A stretch of DNA of 64,000 nucleotides from Rhizobium sp. Q54 (lineage in GTDB: Bacteria > Pseudomonadota > Alphaproteobacteria > UBA828): contig CAMDNF010000001.1 in assembly GCA_945902735.1 (NCBI GenBank), forward strand, positions 10,594-74,593, read 5' to 3'. The position numbers were made by a program, and so were the translations under genes. The notes beneath the pieces were generated by a model. That model saw only the letters and a program-made list of their open reading frames with translations, did no database searches and was not told the origin of the DNA. Of this stretch, positions 1-10,934 are shown in pieces (the stretch's first letter is position 1; the number at the start of each line of letters is the position of its first letter).

Positions 1-574
1 GCGGCGCGCTCGGTCTTACCGGGAAGGGCCGAGACATCGGCAAAATTATACATGCCGGCGGTTTTTTCGGTGCCAAGCCGGATCACGATTTTCAAATGCG
101 GCAGTTTGGTGGCCTCAAGCAGGCCGGGCGGCGCGCGATCGAGCTCCGGCGCCAGCTCATGCAGCATGGCCAAATAGTCGCTGGCCTTGAACGAGGCCGC
201 GCTGACTAGCGCCCGGCATTCAACCTTGTTGAGCGCGTATTCAAGCTCGGCCAGGCGATAAGCCGGGTTGATGTTGACCAGAATGAGCCCGGCCTTGGCC
301 GCGGCGAATTGCGTGATCGCCCATTCGGCCGTGTTGGGCGACCAAATGCCGATGCGATCGCCGGGCTCGAGCCCAAGCGCCAAAAGTCCGGCCGCGAAAT
401 TGTCGACCTTGCGCTTGAACGCGACATAAGAGAGGCGGACATTTTGATGACGCACCACGAGCGCGTCATTGTCGGGATAGCGCGCGGCGGTCGCATCAAG
501 GCATTGGCCGATCGTCAGGCCAAGGAGCGGCACATCGCTCGCGCCATGGACATAGCTATGGGTCAACCGCGTCA
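1..574 (-). CDS. AMP-dependent acyl-CoA synthetase/ligase, N-terminal part (gene continues beyond window start)
   Basis: Absent from the ORF track because it runs off the window edge. Manual minus-strand translation from ATG at 572-574 gives MTRLTHSYVHGASDVPLLGLTIGQCLDATAARYPDNDALVV...GDRIGIWSPNTAEWAITQFAAAKAGLILVNINPAY with no stop down to position 1. This is the typical N-terminal region of AMP-binding fatty-acyl-CoA ligases. Confidence 0.75.
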
Positions 575-675
575 TCGACCTGTCCCTCGCATCCCGCCGT
601 CCGCCAGTGGTCCGAGTGTCGCCGGTTTGACCATGGCCCATCAAGCCGCTTCCGGGTCGTGGGTCAGTTTGGTGG

Positions 676-754
676 CCTCATCCTTCGTCCCTCGACAAGC
701 TCGGAGTGAGGACTAAACCACGAACCTCATGCTGAGCTTGTCGAAGCATGAGGG
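676..754. repeat. hairpin repeat family R1 (CCTCATCC/GCT...GTCGAAG(G/C)ATGAGG), copy 1 (two hairpins)
   Basis: cctcatccttcgtccctcgacaagctcggagtgagg and cctcatgctgagcttgtcgaagcatgaggg, in the divergent region between the acyl-CoA ligase and gpx. Confidence 0.55.
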
Positions 755-847
755 TAAACCAACCCGCGACCCACTTCCGAGCTCGCTTGACTTGAACCCG
801 CGCGCGGCCGAGGTTCAATAGGTACGAGCAAAGGGAAGGGTTGAGCC

Positions 848-1417
848 ATGGCGATCCGATGGCCTGTCCGCTCCTGGTCGATCAGCCTTCTCTTCGCGTT
901 GATCCTGGGGATTGCCATGACGAGCCACGCCGCCGCGAAGAGCGCCTTCGACTTCGATTTCGTTTCGATCGAGGGCAAGCCCATGAAACTCGCCGACTTC
1001 AAAGGCAAGCCACTTCTGGTGGTCAACACGGCGTCGTTCTGCGGCTATACGCCGCAATATGAGGGCTTGCAGGCGCTCTGGCAGCGTTATAGCGCCAAGG
1101 GCTTGGTGGTGATCGGCGTGCCGTCCAATGATATCGGCGCGCAGGAGCCGAAAGGCGAGGCCGAGATCAAGGGCTTCTGCGAGCTCAACTACAACGTCGA
1201 TTTCCCGCTCACGACCAAACAGGTGGTCAAGGGCAAGGCCGCGCATCCGTTTTATGTGTGGGCGGCCGAGGCGGGCGGCGAAGCGGCCAAGCCCAAATGG
1301 AATTTCCACAAATTGCTGATCGGGCCTGATGGCGCGCTGGTCGGCGCCTATGCGAGCGCGGTCGAGCCACTATCGGGTGAAATCACCAAAGCGGTCGAAG
1401 GCTTGCTCACGCAATAG
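848..1417 (+). CDS. gpx: glutathione peroxidase (signal peptide-bearing)
   Basis: 189 aa; motifs VVNTASFCGYT, LVVIGVPSNDIGAQEP, WNFHKLLIGPDG are the Gpx/BtuE signature; N-terminal hydrophobic signal. Confidence 0.9.
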   Translation: MAIRWPVRSWSISLLFALILGIAMTSHAAAKSAFDFDFVSIEGKPMKLADFKGKPLLVVNTASFCGYTPQYEGLQALWQRYSAKGLVVIGVPSNDIGAQEPKGEAEIKGFCELNYNVDFPLTTKQVVKGKAAHPFYVWAAEAGGEAAKPKWNFHKLLIGPDGALVGAYASAVEPLSGEITKAVEGLLTQ

Positions 1418-1427
1418 GCGCGGTGCG

Positions 1428-2570
<1,143 letters not shown>

Positions 2571-3185
2571 TTAAGAACTTTGCAGGAACACGCGAATGGG
2601 CGCGAAGGAGCGCCGATGATGGGGCGTGATACCAAATTGCACGAGGCCGGCGCGATGCTCGGCCGTGCCATAGCCGGCATTGCGCTCCCAGCCATAGCCA
2701 GGGTGTGCCGTGCCCAGCGAGGCCATCAGCCGGTCGCGCGTGACCTTGGCGATGATCGAGGCGGCGGCGATTTCGAGCACCAAGGCATCGCCGCCGATCA
2801 CGGGCGTGGCCGGGCAGGGCAAAGTGGGCAGGCTATTGCCATCGACCAAGGCGCGGCGTGGGACCGTATCGAGGGCATCAACCGCGCGCTGCATGGCGAG
2901 GTGAGTGGCCCGTAAAATATTGAGCGCGTCGATTTCATCAACACTGGCGGAACCGACACCAATCGAGGCGTAGGGCGCGAGCGCGTCAAACAACATCTCA
3001 CGCGTGGCGGCGCTGAGCTTTTTCGAATCATCAATGCGGCGTGCGATCGCTTCGGGCAGTTCACCCTTGAGCATCACAGCGGCCGCAACCACCGGCCCAG
3101 CCCATGGTCCGCGCCCGACCTCGTCAAGGCCGGCGACATGGTTTTCATCCAGGCTGGCGCGTTGAAGCGCGACTCGGCGTCCCAT
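2571..3185 (-). CDS. rnhB: ribonuclease HII
   Basis: 204 aa; [21 protein letters not shown]-terminal motif, DDSKKLS, and overall RNase HII collinearity. Confidence 0.9.
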   Translation of the reverse strand: MGRRVALQRASLDENHVAGLDEVGRGPWAGPVVAAAVMLKGELPEAIARRIDDSKKLSAATREMLFDALAPYASIGVGSASVDEIDALNILRATHLAMQRAVDALDTVPRRALVDGNSLPTLPCPATPVIGGDALVLEIAAASIIAKVTRDRLMASLGTAHPGYGWERNAGYGTAEHRAGLVQFGITPHHRRSFAPIRVFLQSS

Positions 3186-3236
3186 GGCCGAAGCCTAGCA
3201 CCGGGTAAGATTGTCGGCTCGGCAAACGACTCAACC

Positions 3237-3310
3237 CCCTCATGCTTCGACAGGCTCAGCATGAGGGATGCTATATTTCGCCTCATCCTGAGCTTGTCGA
3301 AGGATGAGGC
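3237..3310. repeat. hairpin repeat family R1, copy 2 (two hairpins)
   Basis: cctcatgcttcgacaggctcagcatgaggg ... cctcatcctgagcttgtcgaaggatgagg, between rnhB and the radical-SAM pseudogene. Confidence 0.55.
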
Positions 3311-3479
3311 CACGGTACCGCCGCGCGCTTTGGTCAGAGCAGGCTGAGTTGATCGCCGGGGCGTGGCGGGCGATGAAAACGCGTGGTATCGAGCGCGGGG
3401 CGTTTCTGGTTGAGGCCAAGGCGCGCGCAGGCGAGCTCGAAGCGCCGGCGCATCAGCGCGGCATAGGGCCCGGTGCCGG

Positions 3480-4433
3480 TCATGCGCGTGCCGAATTCGC
3501 TTTGGTAAAGCCCACCGCCCGCATTTCGCGCACCAGGTTCAGCACGTGCTTCGCGCGTCCAGGGGCGTGGGTGCGCAACCATTCCTCAAACAGATCTTTG
3601 ATTTCAAGCGGCAGGCGAAGCGCGATATAGGCGGCCTCGCGGGCGCCGGCGGCGTGCGCGGCCTCAAGGATCGTTTCCATCTCGGCGTCGGTCAGGCCCG
3701 GAATGCAGGGCGCGACCATCACGCCGCTCGGCACGCCGGCGTCATTAAGTTGGCGGATCGCGGCGAGCCGTTTTGACGGGGTCGAGGCGCGCGGCTCAAG
3801 CTTGCGGGCGAGCGCGCCATCCAGCGTGGTGACCGAAAGCGCGACGGTGACCAGCCCCTTCGCCGCCATCGGCGCCAAAATATCGATGTCGCGGGTTACC
3901 AGCGCCGATTTCGTGGTGATGCTCAACGGGTGATCGTGCGCGGCCAGCACGTGCAAAATCGAGCGCGTGATTTCCAATCGCTTCTCGGTCGGCTGATAAG
4001 GATCGGTATTGGTGCCGAGCGCGATGAATTGGCAGCGATAGCTCGGCTTAGCGAGCTCGGCTTCCAGAATTTTTGCCGCGTCGGGTTTGAAAAACAATTT
4101 GCTCTCGAAGTCCTGTCCCGGCGATAGACCGAGATACGCATGGGTCGGGCGCGCATAGCAATAAACGCAGCCATGCTCGCAGCCCCGGTAGGGATTGATC
4201 GAGCGATCGAACGGAATATCCGGCGAATCATTCTAGGCGATTACGCTCCGGCTGGTATCGGGCCTGAGCTCGGTACGGAGTGGGGGAAGATCTTCCTCCA
4301 GATTGCCCCACCCATCGTCGATGGCGTCCGTGGCATGGCGCTCAAAACGCCCGGCCCGATTGCTGGCCGCGCCACGGCCCTTGCGCACCAGGCGCGCTTC
4401 GTCGTTGGCGGGATGGTCCTTGAGCTCAGTCAC
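3480..4433 (-). pseudogene. radical SAM protein (PA0069/SplB-like family) interrupted by an in-frame amber codon
   Basis: Track ORFs 4233..4433 and 3480..4097 are in the same frame, separated by a single TAG (plus-strand cta at 4233-4235). Translation reads ...[38 protein letters not shown]..., a CxxxCxxC radical-SAM cluster, then LGTNTDPYQP...AHDHPLSITTKS. Confidence 0.7.
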
Positions 4434-4500
4434 CGCGAAACTCTAATCTCATCCCTGAACGAATCAAGAACTATGAGGCGGTTTCCCGCGCCGACCGTGG

Positions 4501-5202
4501 GTGCTATGCGGAGGCGTGCTCACGCTCGATCTCTCGGTCGTCATCCCAAGCCTGAACGCCGGTGCCTCGCTTGGCGCGACGCTCGCGGCGTTGCCGGCGG
4601 GGCTTGAGGTGATCGTGGTCGATGGCGGCTCAAGCGATGCCACCATCGAGATCGCGCGCGCGGGCGGTGCGCGTGTCGTCTCAGCCCCGCGCGGGCGCGG
4701 TACGCAGCTGAGGCATGGCGCCGAGGACGCGCGGGCCAGCTGGTTGTTGTTTTTGCATGCCGATACGGTGCTGGCGCCGAATTGGACCGAGGCCGCGCGC
4801 GGCTTCATGACCAATGCAGCCAATCAGCAACGCGCCGCGTGTTTTCGCTTGGCGCTCGACGATGCGCGTTGGATAGCGCGATGGCTGGAGCGCATCGTGG
4901 TGTGGCGCACGCGCGCATTGGGTTTGCCTTATGGCGATCAGGGCTTGTTGATATCGCGGGCGCTCTATGAATTGCTCGGCGGCTATCGGCCGCTTCCGAT
5001 CATGGAGGATGTCGACCTCGTGCGTCGCATCGGGCGGCGACGCCTTACAAGACTCGACGTTTCCGCGCGCACCTCGGCGGTTCGTTATCGCCAGGGCTAT
5101 ATGGCGCGTTCATTGCGCAATCTCTGCTGCCTCGCGCTCTATTATGTTGGTGTGTCGCCTGCGCTCATCGCTCGCTTCTATGAGGGGCGCCAACGCCCAT
5201 GA
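4501..5202 (+). CDS. family 2 glycosyltransferase (TIGR04283-like)
   Basis: 233 aa; LSVVIPSLNAGASL, VIVVDGGSSDAT and YGDQGLLISRALYELLGGY are GT2 hallmarks. Overlaps the downstream DUF2064 gene by 4 nt (ATGA). Confidence 0.7.
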   Translation: MLCGGVLTLDLSVVIPSLNAGASLGATLAALPAGLEVIVVDGGSSDATIEIARAGGARVVSAPRGRGTQLRHGAEDARASWLLFLHADTVLAPNWTEAARGFMTNAANQQRAACFRLALDDARWIARWLERIVVWRTRALGLPYGDQGLLISRALYELLGGYRPLPIMEDVDLVRRIGRRRLTRLDVSARTSAVRYRQGYMARSLRNLCCLALYYVGVSPALIARFYEGRQRP

Positions 5203-5798
5203 TCCTGCCGCGCCATTTGATCGTGTTCACACGGCCTGCGCGCTTGGGTGCGGTTAAGACGCGGCTCGCCGCCGGCATCGGCACAAGCGAGGCCTGGCGC
5301 TTTCATCGTCGTACGGTCAGGACATTGCTTATGAAGGTCGCTCGCGATACGCGCTGGCGCACCTGGCTCGCTCTGCCTCCTGAGGCGATCGAGCAAAATG
5401 ATCGCTCCTGGCCGATCGATCTACCACGGCTCGATCAGGGCGAGGGCGATATCGGCCAGCGCATGGCGCGCAGCTTCGATCAATTACCGCCGGGGCCGGC
5501 GGTGCTGATCGGTGGCGATATTCCCTCGATCGAGCCCTTTCATATCGCTGAGGCATTTGAGGCGTTGGGTGCGGCGGAAATTGTGTTTGGTCCGGCGGCG
5601 GATGGCGGATTTTGGCTGGTCGGTTTTGCACGCCGTGGACGGCGGCTCGATCCGTTCAGTGGTGTGCGATGGTCAACCGAACATGCGCTCGCCGATGCGC
5701 GCGCCCACTTGCCGCGCGATACGCGCGTGGCGTTGGTCGAGACTTTGGCGGATGTCGATGACGCGGCGGCTTATGAGCGATGGCGCGCCGGTGCTTAG
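5199..5798 (+). CDS. DUF2064 (TIGR04282, CofC-like nucleotidyltransferase-fold) protein
   Basis: 199 aa; HLIVFTRPARLGAVKTRL...LIGGDIPSIEP...FGPAADGGFWLVGF matches the DUF2064 family, which is usually encoded next to the TIGR04283 GT2. Confidence 0.65.
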   Translation: MILPRHLIVFTRPARLGAVKTRLAAGIGTSEAWRFHRRTVRTLLMKVARDTRWRTWLALPPEAIEQNDRSWPIDLPRLDQGEGDIGQRMARSFDQLPPGPAVLIGGDIPSIEPFHIAEAFEALGAAEIVFGPAADGGFWLVGFARRGRRLDPFSGVRWSTEHALADARAHLPRDTRVALVETLADVDDAAAYERWRAGA

Positions 5799-6337
5799 CT
5801 GACGCGGTCGCGCTCGGTCAAACGCGGCATCAGCTCGACCAAATTGCACGGCCGCCATCTGATATCGAGCTGGAATTTTAGAATTTTCTCCCAGCCATCG
5901 CGGCAGGCGCCGGGTGAGCCGGGCAGCGCAAACAGATAGGTGCCGCCGGCCACACCGCCCGTCGTGCGCGATTGGAGCGTCGAGCTTTGAATTGCGTCGT
6001 AGCTGAGCTGGCGGAACAGCTCGCCAAAGCCTGGAATTTCTTTCTCATAGACGGCCTTGAAGGCTTCGGGCGTGACGTCGCGCCCGGTCACGCCGGTGCC
6101 GCCGGTTGAGATCACGACATCGATCTTGGGATCGGCGATCCAGGTCTTGAGCGCGGCGATGATGTTCGCTTGATCGTCGGTCACGATCTTGCGCGCCGCG
6201 ATCTTGTGGCCGGAGGCCCCGATCAGCTCGACCAATGTGGCGCCGGATTTATCGTCGGCTTCGGTGCGTGTGTCGGAAACCGTCAGGATCGCGATATTGA
6301 CCGGCACGAAGGCCCGGCTCTCGTCGATCTTACCCAT
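5795..6337 (-). CDS. moaB: molybdenum cofactor biosynthesis protein B (MoaB/MogA family)
   Basis: IAILTVSDTRTEADDKSGATLVE...VVISTGGTGVTGRDVTPEA...ALPGSPGACRDGWE. Start chosen at internal MGKIDESRAF; the track ORF extends to 6400. Confidence 0.8.
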   Translation of the reverse strand: MGKIDESRAFVPVNIAILTVSDTRTEADDKSGATLVELIGASGHKIAARKIVTDDQANIIAALKTWIADPKIDVVISTGGTGVTGRDVTPEAFKAVYEKEIPGFGELFRQLSYDAIQSSTLQSRTTGGVAGGTYLFALPGSPGACRDGWEKILKFQLDIRWRPCNLVELMPRLTERDRVS

Positions 6338-8033
6338 TCTTCGCGAGCTTGGGTGCGCTGATGCCTTCATAACGCGGCCAGCGATTGGCCGCGACTTCAT
6401 CGAGCGATGGCGTGGGTTCGCCGAGCCGCATTTTGTAAATCCAATAATCCGCCGAGACGCGCTCGATCATATCGCGCGTCTCGCGAGAGGGCAGCGTCTC
6501 GATGAAAAGGAGCGGGTCGCCCGATTGCCGAGCCTCCTGCCAACGCGATAGCGCGACCGGCCCGGCATTATAGGCGGCGATCAGGTCGAACAGGCCGCCG
6601 CTGATCTCCGGCATCTCGGCCAAATATTCGATATAGCTCTGGCCCAGCGCGATGCTCACTTCGGGTTTGTTGATCGAGGCCGCGTTGACGCCTTTGACGC
6701 CGGCGCGCTTGGCCATGAATTGCGCGGTCGAGGGCATCAACTGCATCACGCCGCTGGCGCCTGACGGGTTTTTCGCACGGGTTTGGAAACCCGATTCACT
6801 GCGGATGAGCGCAAACACCATGGCGCGGTCGAAGGGTCGGCCATTGACCGGCCGCCAATTCGGCATCGGATAGGTTGAGGCGTCGTGGCGCCGGCCATCT
6901 GCCGAGGCCGCTTGCTTGGCAAGCGCGATCTCGAGCGCGGGCGCCTCGAGCAAATGAATGAGGGGCACAAGGGCGCGCCGCATTTCAGGGGCCGCGCGGT
7001 CAATCAGGGTCATCACCAGCGGTTCGGCGCGTTCGAGCTCGCCTGCCTCATAAAGCGCGATCGCGCGGCGGAAGCGCGGCAGATTGCCAATCGCATAAAG
7101 ATCGGTGGTGGTGAGCGGATCGCGGTCCCACATCGGGCGGACCGACATGCCAAGCGAGCGCTGCGCCAAGAGGCCGTAAAAGGTGCGCGAATGTTCAGCC
7201 GCCGCGCCTAACCAGTGGCTAACGAGTTCGGGCTTTTGATCGCGCAAATGGACGCGCGCGGCCCAATAGGCCCCGGCCGCGGCGAGCGCCGCCGGCACGC
7301 CGGCGGTTTCGGCAAGGGTTTCGAAATATTGGCTCGCGCTCTTGTTATTGCCCAATTGGAAGGCGGCGAGGCCCGCGATCCAAGTCGCCTCCGGGCAATC
7401 CGGCGCCTTGGCGAGCGTTTCGATCAGCCCCAAGGCCTCTTTATCGTCGTTTCCGGCAAGCTGCTGCCGCGCGGCACGCAAGGCGGTCGCGCGGCCCGTT
7501 CCGGCGGCGCAAGCGACGTTCTCAATTGCCATAGCGCGCCGCTTGGTTTTGCCATCGCCCGCCACACTGGGTGGTTTCTTGAGGGCGGGCGCCGCGCTCG
7601 GCTTTTTCGAAAGGGCGAGGGCATAGATCGCACTGGCGTCAGGCCCGTCGCCATAACGCTCGAGCCAGTCGACCAATTCGGCATAGCTGGATTTATAACC
7701 GGGCGACAAATAACGCGCGGCCAGCAGGTCGCCGACCAAAATAGGGTCGGCCAGTGCCGGCATAAGCTTATCCGTCTCGGCGTGGTTGCCCTTGCTCACC
7801 AGCGCGAACAGACGACGATAAAGAGCACGATCCGCCTCGGACAGCACGGTCGGCAGGGCGGTCGGCCAGTTCATTTGGGCGGCGCCGGGGTCGAGCGCGG
7901 CGGTGGTCAATTCCTTCGAGGGCTTGCTGGGCGAGCCGGGATAGGCTTCCCCGGCCCCAATCAGGGCAGCCAGGAAGGCCAGGGCGAAAACGCCCAGGCG
8001 CGCAAATCCAGTTCGCGGTCTTGCTGCCGCCAT
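6330..8033 (-). CDS. soluble lytic murein transglycosylase (SLT domain), secreted
   Basis: 567 aa; N-terminal signal peptide; superhelical repeats; C-terminal SLT catalytic motif ESGFQTRAKNPSGASGVMQLMPSTA...AYNAGP. Confidence 0.85.
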   Translation of the reverse strand: MAAARPRTGFARLGVFALAFLAALIGAGEAYPGSPSKPSKELTTAALDPGAAQMNWPTALPTVLSEADRALYRRLFALVSKGNHAETDKLMPALADPILVGDLLAARYLSPGYKSSYAELVDWLERYGDGPDASAIYALALSKKPSAAPALKKPPSVAGDGKTKRRAMAIENVACAAGTGRATALRAARQQLAGNDDKEALGLIETLAKAPDCPEATWIAGLAAFQLGNNKSASQYFETLAETAGVPAALAAAGAYWAARVHLRDQKPELVSHWLGAAAEHSRTFYGLLAQRSLGMSVRPMWDRDPLTTTDLYAIGNLPRFRRAIALYEAGELERAEPLVMTLIDRAAPEMRRALVPLIHLLEAPALEIALAKQAASADGRRHDASTYPMPNWRPVNGRPFDRAMVFALIRSESGFQTRAKNPSGASGVMQLMPSTAQFMAKRAGVKGVNAASINKPEVSIALGQSYIEYLAEMPEISGGLFDLIAAYNAGPVALSRWQEARQSGDPLLFIETLPSRETRDMIERVSADYWIYKMRLGEPTPSLDEVAANRWPRYEGISAPKLAKNG

Positions 8034-8200
8034 CCTGAGGCTACCTGACTTTCTGTTTTGATCCCCCGCCGGCGATGTTCTTGTGACCCGCCTTGGGAGG
8101 CCTTCTAGCGGTCAGCTTGGCCTCGGGCAACCTGGCAAATGCGTCACACACCGAGGGGCGAGCTGTCGCATCATTGCCACACCCCTAGAGTCTAGTAAAA

Positions 8201-9067
8201 TCAGGCTAAAATTTGATGAATATGGGCTTCGATGTCCAAAAGGTCGCGCCAGGCCTCGCGCTTGGCGGCGCTCTGGCGGAGCAAATAGGCCGGGTGGAAG
8301 ACCGCAATCGTGGGGGTAGGGGTGGCCAAACCGGGTCGGTGGTAGTCGAACCAGCGACCGCGGAGGCGGGTGATCCCCTCGCCCGTATTGAGGAGCGCCT
8401 TGGCCGAGATGCCACCCACGAGGATCAGAATTTTGGGTGCAATCAGTTCGATCTGACGCTCGACAAAGGGCTGGCAGGTGGCGATTTCATCGGCGGTTGG
8501 CGTTCGGTTGCCGGGAGGCCGCCAGGGCAACACGTTGGTGATATAGACCTTGGTGCGATCGAGCCCGATGGAGCCCAACATGCGGTCCAAGAGCTGGCCG
8601 GCCGGCCCGACAAAAGGCAGGCCCCGGCGGTCTTCTTCCGCGCCGGGCGCCTCGCCGACCAGCATGATGGTGGCGTGCGGATTGCCATCACCGATCACGG
8701 TGGTGGTCGCGGTGCGTTTGAGCGGGCAGGCATCGAAACGGCCCAGCGCGGCACGGAGCTCGTCGAGATTGGCGCAGGCGGCCGCAATCTCGCGGGCGCT
8801 CAAGGCGGCATCGCTCAATGCGATTGGCGCCGCCGGTGCGGCCATCGCGGGCGCCATCGAGACCGGTGGGCGTGGTGGTGGCGCTGGGCTTGGCGCAGCC
8901 GGCGTTCCCACGTTCTGTGCGCTCGGTTGAGCAGCGGGAATCCGGGCTGGTTGCGGCGGCAGGGCGCTCGCGCTCAGCCAATCGATCGGCGTCTCGCCGA
9001 CCGCCATATCGACCCCGGCCTCGACATAAAATGCGAGCAGTGCCCGGTGGTCTTGCGCCATTGTCAT
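8201..9067 (-). CDS. uracil-DNA glycosylase, family 4 (phage-SPO1-polymerase-related)
   Basis: C-terminal domain [31 protein letters not shown]...[15 protein letters not shown]...HPAYLLRQ is the UDG family 4 signature; N-terminal Pro/Ala-rich low-complexity linker. Confidence 0.8.
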   Translation of the reverse strand: MTMAQDHRALLAFYVEAGVDMAVGETPIDWLSASALPPQPARIPAAQPSAQNVGTPAAPSPAPPPRPPVSMAPAMAAPAAPIALSDAALSAREIAAACANLDELRAALGRFDACPLKRTATTTVIGDGNPHATIMLVGEAPGAEEDRRGLPFVGPAGQLLDRMLGSIGLDRTKVYITNVLPWRPPGNRTPTADEIATCQPFVERQIELIAPKILILVGGISAKALLNTGEGITRLRGRWFDYHRPGLATPTPTIAVFHPAYLLRQSAAKREAWRDLLDIEAHIHQILA

Positions 9068-9207
9068 GGCCGGTGGCTTCGGGGTGGAACAGGTCCCATC
9101 GTTCTTAGATACGCTCGATTGACCGCTTTCGGCAATCGGACCATAAGTGCGCCCGATGGAACGCCGATCGCGCCGTTTCAGAGGCTTGAGCGCCGCGGAG
9201 GGCCAGG

Positions 9208-10845
9208 ATGAGCCGCGAGTCGATGAGCTACGATGTGGTCGTGGTGGGCGGCGGGCCGGCGGGGCTCGCGGCGGCGATCAAACTTAAGCAATTGGCCCAG
9301 GCGGCTGGGCGTGAGCTCAGTGTTACCGTGGTCGAGAAAGGTTCCGAAATTGGTGCCCATATTCTTTCGGGCGCGGTGTTCGAGACCAAGGCGCTGGATG
9401 AGCTGATTCCAGATTGGAAGGCCAAAGGCGCGCCGCTCAGGACGCCAGTCAGCGCCGAGGAATTCAGCGTGCTGACCAAGCGGCGCCGGTTCACCTTTCC
9501 GGCCTGGATGCTGCCGTCCCAGTTGCATAACAAAGGCAATTACATCATCAGCCTCGGCGAGCTTTGTCGCTGGCTCGCCACCGAGGCCGAGGCGCTTGGG
9601 GTTGAGATTTATCCGGGCTTCGCGGCGGCGGAGGTGCTCTATCACCAGGATGGCAGTGTCAAAGGCGTTGCAACTGGCGATATGGGCGTCTCGCGCGAAG
9701 GGGCGCACAAATCGAGCTATCAGCCGGGTATGGAACTCCATGCCAAATACACGCTGTTCGCCGAGGGCGCGCGGGGCTCGCTATCGAAAGAGCTGATCGA
9801 GCGCTTCAAGCTGCGCGCCGATGCGGCGCCGCAGACCTACGGCATCGGTATCAAAGAGATCTGGGAGGTCGAGCCGGCCAAGCATCGGCCCGGCCTCATT
9901 CAGCATAGTTTCGGCTGGCCGCTCGATTCGCGCACCTATGGCGGTAGTTTTCTCTATCACTTCGACACGAATCTGGTGTCGGTCGGTTTTGTCGTCGCGC
10001 TCGACTATCAGAACCCCTACCTCTCGCCGTTTGACGAGTTTCAGCGCTTCAAGACCCATCCGGCGATTCGTCCAACGTTCGAAGGCGGTAAGCGCATTGT
10101 CTATGGCGCGCGGGCGATCAATGAGGGCGGCTGGCAATCGATACCGAAGCTCAGCTTTCCGGGTGGTGCACTCATCGGTTGTGCCGCCGGCTTCGTCAAC
10201 GTGCCCAAGATCAAGGGCAGCCACAATGCGATGAAGACCGGCATGTTGGCCGCCGAGGCCGTGTTCGCGGCGTTGCAAGCCGGGCGGGACGGTCATGACG
10301 AACTCGTCGATCTAACCAAAACCGTGCGCCGCTCGTGGGTTGGGCGCGAGTTGCGCGAGGTGCGCAATTGCCGCCCGGCCTATCGGTTCGGCCTCGTGCT
10401 CGGCACGCTCATTAGCGGTTTCGAACTCTGGTCGCGCGGCCTTTTGCCATGGACGCTCGGGCACCATGAAGACCATCGCGCGCTCAAGCCGGCGGCGCGG
10501 AGCCGGAGAATCGACTATCCGAAGCCCGATGGCGTGGTCAGTTTCGACAAGCTCTCCTCGGTGTTCATTTCGAACACCAATCACGAGGAAGATCAGCCGG
10601 TACATTTGAAGCTGCGCGATCCAAGTGTGGCGATTCGCCTCAATTTGTCGCTTTATGACGCGCCCGAGCAGCGCTATTGCCCTGCCGGCGTTTACGAAAT
10701 CGTCACTGAAGCCGCGGGGCCGAGGCTGCAAATCAACGCGCAAAACTGCGTGCACTGCAAAACCTGTGATATCAAAGACCCGAGTCAAAACATCAATTGG
10801 ACGGTTCCCGAGGGCGGCGGCGGCCCAAATTATCCCAATATGTGA
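9208..10845 (+). CDS. electron transfer flavoprotein-ubiquinone oxidoreductase (ETF-QO)
   Basis: 545 aa; FAD-binding [11 protein letters not shown]; C-terminal 4Fe-4S ferredoxin motif CPAGVYE...[12 protein letters not shown]. Confidence 0.9.
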   Translation: MSRESMSYDVVVVGGGPAGLAAAIKLKQLAQAAGRELSVTVVEKGSEIGAHILSGAVFETKALDELIPDWKAKGAPLRTPVSAEEFSVLTKRRRFTFPAWMLPSQLHNKGNYIISLGELCRWLATEAEALGVEIYPGFAAAEVLYHQDGSVKGVATGDMGVSREGAHKSSYQPGMELHAKYTLFAEGARGSLSKELIERFKLRADAAPQTYGIGIKEIWEVEPAKHRPGLIQHSFGWPLDSRTYGGSFLYHFDTNLVSVGFVVALDYQNPYLSPFDEFQRFKTHPAIRPTFEGGKRIVYGARAINEGGWQSIPKLSFPGGALIGCAAGFVNVPKIKGSHNAMKTGMLAAEAVFAALQAGRDGHDELVDLTKTVRRSWVGRELREVRNCRPAYRFGLVLGTLISGFELWSRGLLPWTLGHHEDHRALKPAARSRRIDYPKPDGVVSFDKLSSVFISNTNHEEDQPVHLKLRDPSVAIRLNLSLYDAPEQRYCPAGVYEIVTEAAGPRLQINAQNCVHCKTCDIKDPSQNINWTVPEGGGGPNYPNM

Positions 10846-10934
10846 GCCGCATTTTGGTAAGAACCTGTGATTACAATTTTTGTCGCGCGCCCTTCGGCGT
10901 GCCCGTTGCCTTTGCTGTGAGCTGATCTAGGATC

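Noticed and set aside
309-716. 135-aa + ORF and 97-aa minus ORF 206..499 at the window start
   Set aside because: The acyl-CoA ligase reading frame (manual translation, edge-truncated so absent from the track) explains this region far better.
8213-9211. 332-aa + strand ORF overlapping the UDG gene
   Set aside because: Antisense to a UDG family-4 gene with clear catalytic motifs; Gly/Arg-rich low complexity.
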